The position numbers and the translations under genes are program-made. The notes beneath the pieces were generated by a model that was not told the origin of the DNA, did not search any database, and saw only the letters and a list, made by a program, of their open reading frames with translations. 57,823 bases of DNA from a virus (lineage: Duplodnaviria; Caudoviricetes), in IMG/VR virus record IMGVR_UViG_3300024520_000084, positions 1 to 57,823 of that record; one strand, given 5' to 3'. Each line of letters begins with the position of its first letter. Within the stretch, counting starts at the first letter, position 1. Positions 8,779 through 15,620 of this stretch are shown here, piece after piece.

Positions 8779-9315
8779 CTACGCCCCTGCCCCCTTGTAG
8801 ATTGCAACTGCCTCTGATATCGAAACGTCGTTCAAGACAATTGCGTTCGGATACTTTTTAGCAATTACGGTGCGAATGTTAGAGTGCGATGGAGCTACGT
8901 TGTAGGTGTAGACCTTGCCATCATCAAAAATAGCGACCTTCTTTAGCATCTTCTTGACGTCTTTCATCGTCAACGCATTCTCTACCAAATCGCTTATAAG
9001 AACATCAGGGGATGTGTGAACCATTTCATCGTTACATTTCCATTTAGGTGACTCCATGCAAAATTTCGTTAGGGCGGATTGCGCGGGTGTCTGTTTGGTG
9101 ACGACCTCGGTTCCCATCGTATTAGTAAACGTCGTTTCCACGCGCGCCAGTTCCTCGTCGTTCCAATGGAACTGTAAACCCCCTCCCCACCCATCTTCTA
9201 CGACGAACGCAACAAATTTGTTTGCCGGATCGTAAAGTTTGCATTCCCATCCGTAACCGTCGTGACCGTGAAAGCTTTTAATCGCTTTGACGCTGTATTC
9301 TTCTCTAGTAGACAT
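8779..9315 (-). CDS. Hypothetical early protein
   Basis: Start at MSTREEY with GGAGG RBS; DGWGG motif. Confidence 0.7.
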   Translation of the reverse strand: MSTREEYSVKAIKSFHGHDGYGWECKLYDPANKFVAFVVEDGWGGGLQFHWNDEELARVETTFTNTMGTEVVTKQTPAQSALTKFCMESPKWKCNDEMVHTSPDVLISDLVENALTMKDVKKMLKKVAIFDDGKVYTYNVAPSHSNIRTVIAKKYPNAIVLNDVSISEAVAIYKGAGA

Positions 9316-9574
9316 TTTTGACCCCCTCCATATTGCGGATAGTGGTGTTGTTGGCACGATTAAATCCTATAACAGGCAAAGCGTGAGTCTTAACAATGCA
9401 CGTGGTCATAAACTTGGGCATGTCGCAATCTTCCTCAAGATATAATGTGTCGCCATCTCTGTAGGAAAATGCACTGAAATCATCCGGCTCCAGCCCTATC
9501 TCAAAACAATCCGAAACAGGAACTTCTAGCCATCCGTGCGCTTTATCATGGTGGTGGGTGTATTCTTTTTGCAT
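9305..9574 (-). CDS. Hypothetical early protein (HGW...YLEEDCD family)
   Basis: D.AHGWL.V and LYLEEDCD motifs recognised from small phage/plasmid proteins; AAGGA RBS. Confidence 0.7.
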   Translation of the reverse strand: MQKEYTHHHDKAHGWLEVPVSDCFEIGLEPDDFSAFSYRDGDTLYLEEDCDMPKFMTTCIVKTHALPVIGFNRANNTTIRNMEGVKNVY

Positions 9575-9595
9575 TTGATTATCCTTTAAAAGTTA

Positions 9596-9635
9596 TTGAC
9601 CATGGGAGTATATGGTAGTACTGTAGCAAGGTCAA
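9596..9635. promoter_or_regulatory. Overlapping divergent promoters
   Basis: Minus strand TTGACC-17-TATACT; plus strand TTGACC-17-TACTGT; lies between divergent genes. Confidence 0.65.
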
Positions 9636-9657
9636 CAAGGTAATTTAAAGGTGTAAC

Positions 9658-9864
9658 ATGGAATACGAAATCAAAGATCAATGCCAAGAGTGTGAAGGCT
9701 TTGGAAAAATCGAACACCAGCGAAGCGAAACGCTGTTCTCAGTTTCGATTTGCCCCGAATGCGATGGTGAAGCATTTACCACGGTCCATGAAACATACGA
9801 CAGCATTCAAGATCTTCGCGCCGATTATCCAGATGCGATGGTTAAGGAAATGAAAAAGAGTTAA
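9658..9864 (+). CDS. Small DnaJ-type Zn-finger protein
   Basis: CQECEGFG and CPECDGEA; AAGGTG RBS. Confidence 0.7.
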   Translation: MEYEIKDQCQECEGFGKIEHQRSETLFSVSICPECDGEAFTTVHETYDSIQDLRADYPDAMVKEMKKS

Positions 9865-9952
9865 CTTTGAGGGAGTTGATGTGAGGCTAGCGTTGTGGTC
9901 ATCAGGGGAAACCCCCTAAAATAGATATTCTGCCAGTTCGTTCCCTCAAAGT
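9864..9952 (+). ncRNA. Putative structured regulatory RNA (c4/CI-like architecture)
   Basis: 11-bp closing stem ACTTTGAGGGA/TCCCTCAAAGT, inner stems, two segments complementary to 9973-9989. Confidence 0.5.
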
Positions 9953-9999
9953 GGTTGGTATCTTTGCGAACAAGAATATCGAACAACGCAACGAAGATG

Positions 10000-10036
10000 C
10001 CCCCTAGCCATTATCGTGGTTAGGGGGTTTTCTTTT
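10000..10036 (+). terminator. Rho-independent terminator
   Basis: CCCCCTAGCCA/TGGTTAGGGGG stem followed by TTTTCTTTT. Confidence 0.85.
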
Positions 10037-10045
10037 GCCGTTCCA

Positions 10046-10282
10046 TATATACAGGCGAAATGAAAAAAATGTTTTTGAAAATGAACTTTTGGACCTAAAA
10101 AAGTGTAAAAGTGTAACAAGCACTGAAAAACAGTAGCTAAGTTATTGAAATATACCAAAACTACTCGTAACACTACTCGTAACATGTCGTTACGTTTTAG
10201 GCTGTTTGGTTACACTTCACTAGCCGAGGACGTCCTTGAAATGATGGGAGACTAGGGTTAGTTTTGAAAAACGCTGTATATA
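10046..10282. repeat. Nested inverted repeats, candidate origin or packaging site
   Basis: TATATACAG/CTGTATATA and AAGTGTAAC/GTTACACTT share a centre near 10163; CTACTCGTAACA x2. Confidence 0.6.
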
Positions 10283-10293
10283 GGGGCAACCAG

Positions 10294-10878
10294 ATGAAAA
10301 GACGAATTGATACCAAAGCAGAAGAAATTGAGGACTCTTACGGCAGGAAACTGACCAACCGTCAAAAGACTTTTGCAAGACACTTTGTTGATGGCACGCA
10401 CTCAAATGCTGAGTGCGCGAGGAAGGCCGGATATTCCGACAAGAATGGAATTGCGAAGATCCAAGCGCATAAACTTTTGAACCCCAAATATTTTCCGCAC
10501 GTTGCGGAGTATGTTTTGGAACTGCGGGAGGAACGAGAACGAAAATATGGCGTCACCCTTATGGGGCAACTAAAACGGCTAAGAGATCTTTCCTTGGGCG
10601 CCGAAGAAACCGGACAATTCTCTGCCGCCATAAATGCTGAAAAAACAAGATCTGCTTTGGGTGGTTTAACTACTGACAGGCGAGAGACAAATCACTTCCA
10701 CGCTATCGAAAATATGAGCCGCGAAGAAATAGAAACCCGACTCACTGAATTGAGAAAGTCACACCCAAACGTCTTTGATGCAGATTATGAGGTAGTAGAT
10801 GGTGCAAAAACCGGAGGCAAACTTCTGGAAGAAACTAAGGGAGAAGATGCCGAAGAGTTGGCACACCACACGAATTGA
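10294..10878 (+). CDS. terS: Terminase small subunit
   Basis: LTNRQKTFARHFV...NAECARKAGYS...AHKLL HTH typical of the Terminase_2 family. Confidence 0.82.
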   Translation: MKRRIDTKAEEIEDSYGRKLTNRQKTFARHFVDGTHSNAECARKAGYSDKNGIAKIQAHKLLNPKYFPHVAEYVLELREERERKYGVTLMGQLKRLRDLSLGAEETGQFSAAINAEKTRSALGGLTTDRRETNHFHAIENMSREEIETRLTELRKSHPNVFDADYEVVDGAKTGGKLLEETKGEDAEELAHHTN

Positions 10879-11299
10879 AAACCGCTATGGCGGCGGCGTT
10901 CCAGATGTTCATGTGTGCGCGGAAGGCATACCATTTTGGATAGAACTAAAAACAACCAACACTAACCGCGTAAATGTATCAGCCCATCAAGTCGCTTGGA
11001 ATTTCGCCTATTGTCAGTCAGGCGGCGTAAGTTTTTACCTTGTTAAGGCCCTCTCATCCTCCAACCTATATTTGTTTGACGGGGTCCATGGTCGGGGGTT
11101 AATGGAACATGGCCTCAAGTCGGGCCGCTCGGGGTCTGGGGAGGTCGGGTCGGGGACCATTGTGCCTTGTCTTTGGTCGGGGGACAGTTGGTCGGGGTTG
11201 CTGGACCACATGATCGGGGTCGGTCGGGATCGGGTCGGGCCGGTCGGGTCGGGTTCGGGATCGGGTCGCCCCAGCAGCTGGCCTGGTCCGGGGGTATGA
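10799..11299 (+). CDS. PD-(D/E)XK nuclease (Holliday junction resolvase / VRR-NUC-like)
   Basis: E.NFW, RIEN...GVPDV, FWIELK, HQVAW motifs; C-terminus encoded by the GGGTC tract. Confidence 0.8.
   Translation: MVQKPEANFWKKLREKMPKSWHTTRIENRYGGGVPDVHVCAEGIPFWIELKTTNTNRVNVSAHQVAWNFAYCQSGGVSFYLVKALSSSNLYLFDGVHGRGLMEHGLKSGRSGSGEVGSGTIVPCLWSGDSWSGLLDHMIGVGRDRVGPVGSGSGSGRPSSWPGPGV
11118..11293 (+). repeat. GTCGG/GGGTC-rich tract 2 within 3' end of nuclease gene
   Basis: Many GTCGG(G) copies read directly. Confidence 0.8.
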
Positions 11300-11302
11300 A
11301 AG

Positions 11303-11336
11303 ACCCCGGAGGGGAGAAAGGAAAACCCTCCGGGGT
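11303..11336. terminator. Hairpin between convergent genes (likely terminator)
   Basis: ACCCCGGAGGG/CCCTCCGGGGT stem. Confidence 0.65.
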
Positions 11337-11403
11337 AAACCTGGCCGGCACTGGGCCAGGTTGCGGCGCCTACTCGATGTGTCAACAACCGGCGCCGAAA
11401 TTG

Positions 11404-11682
11404 TCACTTAACAGAAAACCCTTCCTTGTTTCGTCGGTTCAATTCTTCCTTGGCTTGCTCGAGCCTTAATTCTTGCACTGAATCATTCAGCCAGGAATGC
11501 ATGGATAAAGCTTTAACAATGTTTCTCAATTCCCATGACGGTTTTCGGTGTAAATTTTGCATTAGTTTAACTTTCTCTTTGGTTTTTGTTTTACCACACA
11601 AGCCAAAAGTTTTAGGACCATTCCGATACTGAGGTAATTTTGTTTTGTATTGATGCGAAAATCTGGAAGCGTTTTTATACAT
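11404..11682 (-). CDS. Hypothetical basic protein (start may be 11562)
   Basis: WELRNIVKALSMHSWLN motif; follows the GP88-like gene. Confidence 0.55.
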   Translation of the reverse strand: MYKNASRFSHQYKTKLPQYRNGPKTFGLCGKTKTKEKVKLMQNLHRKPSWELRNIVKALSMHSWLNDSVQELRLEQAKEELNRRNKEGFSVK

Positions 11683-11683
11683 C

Positions 11684-12421
11684 TCAATAATCCCTCACCA
11701 CAAAACCGCTTGTGTCGTTTTTGGCTTTCTTGCCTTTGGGATCTAGTCCCACAATAACGGGTGACGGATCTAAGTGTCGCAAGTCATGTTCCGTTCCGTC
11801 AATCACGCGATGGCCTAAGTACGTAGCCGGCTGACCTTTACCAAATACTACCGCGACATTGTGGCCGTTAGCTAAAACGTGGATTGCCTCGTGCTCGTTA
11901 GTTTCGGAGCGGCTGAATGTTAGATGGTAATTGCTTGGCCTATTAGGATTAAGCATTCTTTGCATGTTTTTGGTATAGTCTACAAATTGAACTTCTGGAA
12001 ATTGTTCTGGCAATGTTTGGCCGTCGCGGCCTTTGATATACTCGAAGCTTATGTCTGTTGATCCATTAGGACGAATTGCAAGCCTTTTGTTTTCGCGTTC
12101 TGCCTTGCGTGATAGCAATTCAACATGATGCGACATTTCACGCATAAAAGCTTGCCTATCGGATCTAAAGTATTTTGCTTTATTGATGCGACTTCTACGG
12201 GTATCGTTCATTCCGTTTTCAAGATCTTTGACCATTTCTGCCCTGCCGCTATACATTCCTAGACATAGATCACGACAACCCGCGCTTGAATGTGGGCATA
12301 AATTGCCAACGCCACCCGTCGTATGAGGTGCCATGTAATTGATGCCATTTAGCCAACCGTACTTATCGGCCTTAATAGCCTTCGGGCTATCGGTACTGAA
12401 CAACCTTTTAAACTTAACCAT
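11684..12421 (-). CDS. GP88-like protein with radical-SAM-like Cys cluster
   Basis: NLCPHSSAGCRDLCL, R.NGSTD, QFVDYTK, NYHLTFSRSE, DG..HDLR.LD; start MVKFKR with AAGGGA RBS. Confidence 0.72.
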   Translation of the reverse strand: MVKFKRLFSTDSPKAIKADKYGWLNGINYMAPHTTGGVGNLCPHSSAGCRDLCLGMYSGRAEMVKDLENGMNDTRRSRINKAKYFRSDRQAFMREMSHHVELLSRKAERENKRLAIRPNGSTDISFEYIKGRDGQTLPEQFPEVQFVDYTKNMQRMLNPNRPSNYHLTFSRSETNEHEAIHVLANGHNVAVVFGKGQPATYLGHRVIDGTEHDLRHLDPSPVIVGLDPKGKKAKNDTSGFVVRDY

Positions 12422-12452
12422 TATAAAATCCCTTTTAATTGTTGACGGGTTC

Positions 12453-12482
12453 AGAATACCACCATTCACGGGATAGTGTCAA
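12453..12482 (-). promoter_or_regulatory. Leftward sigma70 promoter
   Basis: TTGACA-18-TATTCT with extended -10 TG. Confidence 0.7.
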
Positions 12483-12487
12483 ACAAT

Positions 12488-12557
12488 TCGGGTCGGTCGG
12501 GTCGGGTTAAAATTTGCCCAGCTGGGCCGGTCGGGTCGGGGTCGGGTCGGGGTCGGG
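12488..12557 (+). repeat. GGGTC-rich tract 3 (canonical G-quadruplex pattern)
   Basis: GGGTCGGGGTCGGGTCGGGGTCGGG at about 12533-12557. Confidence 0.88.
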
Positions 12558-12707
12558 ATATGACGAATTACCGCCGGCGGCGGCGCCGGCGGTGTATGCG
12601 TATTAGTACGTATACAACTAATAAAACCAGGCTCGAGCTTGGTGGCTTGAACCGTAAACCTAGCAAATTGTGCCAAAAATTATTTTTGATTAAATGCATT
12701 TAATCGT

Positions 12708-12737
12708 TTGACGCTATACCATGGATCATGGTACAAC
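12708..12737 (+). promoter_or_regulatory. Rightward promoter containing TACCATG-GAT-CATGGTA inverted repeat
   Basis: TTGACG-18-TACAAC; operator-like palindrome in the spacer. Confidence 0.6.
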
Positions 12738-12769
12738 ATGTATGTTGTCAACAACTAGAAAGAAAGAAA

Positions 12770-13039
12770 ATGAATACATCTAGATTAATAAATGATTTTG
12801 TTAAAGCTTCTAATAATAAAGCAAGTATTGAAAACAAAATTAAGGGACAAACTGAAGAATTACAGCAAGACTTGAAAGAGCAAGAAAAGCAAATTAAAGC
12901 CATGAAAATAGAAATCATGAAAGAAATGGCAAAGTCTAATTCTAAAAGAATAGCTAGCGCCACTAATTTTCTTGTTCATAGGCTTGTTCCTGTTAAATCC
13001 CACACTAAAAACTATATCCTTGTTAACAAAGAGAAATAA
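12770..13039 (+). CDS. Hypothetical coiled-coil early protein, AT-rich
   Basis: Start MNTSRL after AGAAAG RBS. Confidence 0.65.
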   Translation: MNTSRLINDFVKASNNKASIENKIKGQTEELQQDLKEQEKQIKAMKIEIMKEMAKSNSKRIASATNFLVHRLVPVKSHTKNYILVNKEK

Positions 13040-13092
13040 ACCAAACAGGGGAGCGGCTACCGCCGCTCCCACTAACTTAGAAAGATAGAACT

Positions 13093-13320
13093 ATGAGCAA
13101 ACGAGCAGAACAAGCACTAGATGACGCGGTCGACGCATTACGCGCCGAAAATCCAAACGTAGATAATGAGATGGATTATTGGAACGGTTTGAACGCTAAG
13201 TATTTAAGCGAGTTGTTTCCCACGGTTAACTCACCTATGGAATTAAACCAACAGCAATTAGATCAATTAACCGCCGCTGTAGGTGCCGGCATGGTTGCAA
13301 AATTCGGAGAGGATAAATGA
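13093..13320 (+). CDS. Hypothetical protein
   Basis: 75 aa, AGAAAG RBS, ATGA overlap with next gene. Confidence 0.65.
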   Translation: MSKRAEQALDDAVDALRAENPNVDNEMDYWNGLNAKYLSELFPTVNSPMELNQQQLDQLTAAVGAGMVAKFGEDK

Positions 13321-13538
13321 ATAGATATAAACGCGATGACCTTGAAGCTTTACTTGCAGCACTAAACGCGAAGCTTAGACCTAGCGCTCAACTAGAATTA
13401 GATCACGCCGCTTGTTATGGTGGATATTGCCTAGTTTATAAAGAGGCAGCGGGACACCATGCCACGCCACGAAAGCCGATTAGGGAGATTTACCAATACT
13501 TGCAAGGCGCCTTGGATTACGTGACGCCCGATAACTAA
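13317..13538 (+). CDS. Hypothetical protein
   Basis: 73 aa, GAGGA RBS, YGGY motif. Confidence 0.65.
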   Translation: MNRYKRDDLEALLAALNAKLRPSAQLELDHAACYGGYCLVYKEAAGHHATPRKPIREIYQYLQGALDYVTPDN

Positions 13539-13554
13539 TCGGGCTTAGGTACTT

Positions 13555-13586
13555 AGGCCGTAGGTCGATTGATCTGCGGCCTTTTT
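13555..13586 (+). terminator. Rho-independent terminator
   Basis: AGGCCGTAGGTC/GATCTGCGGCCT stem followed by TTTT. Confidence 0.8.
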
Positions 13587-13739
13587 GCTGCCCGTGGCAC
13601 GTCGGGCGCGCGCCGGCCTACTGTCAGACGGAGGATGATAGTAGTGTTTTACGCAAATAATTGCTGGTAATTATCATTCCCGGACCCCCCCACCTTGTTT
13701 TTGAAACAAAGTGGCCCACAATTTTTCACATATATAATT

Positions 13740-13922
13740 TCATTTGAGATCTTCTGGAACAAGGTAGATGGTTCCAAACAGCCGTATTTCGTAGTCAATT
13801 TCGCAATTTACACATTGGGCCATGTTATCTGGATAGAGGAAAAATCTCATACCTTCACAGGACGGGCATTCAAGAGCCTTGGGTCCCTTGTCTTCTCCGT
13901 GTATATTCACGACATCTGCCAT
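13740..13922 (-). CDS. Small Zn-ribbon protein
   Basis: CPSC and CVNC pairs; divergent from terL. Confidence 0.55.
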   Translation of the reverse strand: MADVVNIHGEDKGPKALECPSCEGMRFFLYPDNMAQCVNCEIDYEIRLFGTIYLVPEDLK

Positions 13923-13957
13923 ATGTTATATTACATGGCTTCACATGGGATTTAAAG

Positions 13958-15421
13958 ATGTTAAATGCGCCTGATGACATTGTACGTGAGGTTTTGGCTT
14001 TGGAGGAGGCGAAGAGCACTTTGGACCTTCGCCAACGGGCCAAGGACGATTTCATGGTATTTGTGAAGCATGTATATGATGGGTTTATAGAGGGTACGCA
14101 TCACAAGCAGGTTGCGGAGAAGTTTGAGAAGTTGTCCAAGAACCCCGGTTCACGGATCATTGTCAACATGCCGCCTCGTCATACGAAGAGTGAGTTTGCT
14201 TCTTATTTGTTACCGGCGTGGTTGATAGGGAAGAATCCTGAGTTAAAGATTATTCAGACGACGCATACGGCTGAGTTAGCTGTTCGGTTTGGGCGTAAGG
14301 TGAGGAATCTTATGGGGATGGAGATATACCGGCAGGTTTTTCCTGAAGTGGAGCTTCGAGCGGATTCCAAGGCTGCTGGCCGTTGGGAGACGGGTCAGGG
14401 GGGAGAATATTTTGCGGCGGGTGTGGGTGGTGCGATTACTGGCCGTGGTGCGGATTTATTGATTATTGATGATCCGCATTCGGAGCAGGATGCGTTATCG
14501 GAGACGGCTTTGGAGAATGCGTATGAGTGGTATACGTCGGGTCCTCGCCAGCGGTTGCAGCCTGGTGGTTCGATTGTTGTGGTAATGACGCGGTGGTCGC
14601 TGAAGGATTTGACGGGGAAGTTGATCAAGGCACAGGCTTCGGACGTGATGTCTGACCAGTGGGACATTATAGAGTTTCCGGCGATACTGCCGAGTGACAA
14701 CATCCTTTGGCCGGAGTTCTGGAAGAAGGATGAGTTGTTAAGGGTCAAGGCTTCGTTGTCTTTGAGCAAGTGGAATGCGCAATGGCAGCAGAATCCTACG
14801 GCGGAAGAGGGGGCGATTATCAAGAAGGAGTGGTGGAACAAGTGGGAGGATGAGACGATACCGCCGGTGAGTTACATTATGCAGAGTTACGATACGGCGT
14901 TTAGTAAGAAGGAGACGGCGGATTACAGTGCGATTACGACGTGGGGTGTGTTTCAGCCGGAGGAGGGTGGTGCGGATAATATTGTGTTGATGGATGCGAA
15001 GCGTGGCCGCTGGGACTTTCCTGAATTGAAGGCCAAGGCGATGGAGGAGTATGAGTATTGGGAGCCGGACATGGTATTGATTGAGGCCAAGGCTACGGGT
15101 ACACCGCTCACGGACGAGTTACGGCGCATGGGGATTCCGGTGGTGAATTACACGCCTTCGAGGGGAAACGACAAGCACACGCGGATGCATATGGTGGCAC
15201 CGATGTTTGAATCTGGAAAGGTTTGGGCCCCGGAGAAGCGTTTCGCGGAGGATGTGATAGATGAATGTGCTGCATTTCCTAATGGCGACTATGACGATTT
15301 CTGTGATAGTATGTCGATGGCGCTTATCAGATACCGTAAAGGCGGTTTTGTTCATCTTGACAGTGACGAGGAAGACAGCGAGTCTAGCTTTTCCTTACAT
15401 GCTTCGAGACAATATTATTAA
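13958..15421 (+). CDS. terL: Terminase large subunit
   Basis: MPPRHTKS Walker A, LLIIDDP Walker B, SYDTA, FPNGDYDDFCD nuclease motifs. Confidence 0.97.
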   Translation: MLNAPDDIVREVLALEEAKSTLDLRQRAKDDFMVFVKHVYDGFIEGTHHKQVAEKFEKLSKNPGSRIIVNMPPRHTKSEFASYLLPAWLIGKNPELKIIQTTHTAELAVRFGRKVRNLMGMEIYRQVFPEVELRADSKAAGRWETGQGGEYFAAGVGGAITGRGADLLIIDDPHSEQDALSETALENAYEWYTSGPRQRLQPGGSIVVVMTRWSLKDLTGKLIKAQASDVMSDQWDIIEFPAILPSDNILWPEFWKKDELLRVKASLSLSKWNAQWQQNPTAEEGAIIKKEWWNKWEDETIPPVSYIMQSYDTAFSKKETADYSAITTWGVFQPEEGGADNIVLMDAKRGRWDFPELKAKAMEEYEYWEPDMVLIEAKATGTPLTDELRRMGIPVVNYTPSRGNDKHTRMHMVAPMFESGKVWAPEKRFAEDVIDECAAFPNGDYDDFCDSMSMALIRYRKGGFVHLDSDEEDSESSFSLHASRQYY

Positions 15422-15439
15422 CAATCAAAAGGTTTTGTT

Positions 15440-15610
15440 ATGGTTATAGTTGAGTGGATAATGGATCGTATGAAAGAACCTTCAAGCTATGCCGCTGCTG
15501 GCGGTGCTATAATAGGCTTGGGTATTATCTTTTCACAGCCCCTGCTTATATGGGCAGGTATTGCGGGTGGTGGTATAGGTTTTATTCTAAAAGAAAAGAA
15601 CATCATTTAG
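15440..15610 (+). CDS. Small 2-TM holin-like protein (56 aa)
   Basis: Manual translation MVIVEWIMDRMKEPSSYAAAGGAIIGLGIIFSQPLLIWAGIAGGGIGFILKEKNII; not in ORF track. Confidence 0.7.
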   Translation: MVIVEWIMDRMKEPSSYAAAGGAIIGLGIIFSQPLLIWAGIAGGGIGFILKEKNII

Positions 15611-15620
15611 GCACGGTATT

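Noticed and set aside
9864-9952. tRNA gene
   Set aside because: No recognisable D-arm, anticodon arm and T-arm cloverleaf; kept as a regulatory RNA candidate
11035-11469. Several Pro/Arg/Gly-rich ORFs
   Set aside because: Artefacts of the GGGTC tract and GC-rich hairpins
13049-13070. GGGAGCGGC/GCCGCTCCC hairpin as a terminator
   Set aside because: No U-tract on the coding strand and it lies within a co-directional unit; more likely a processing or stability stem
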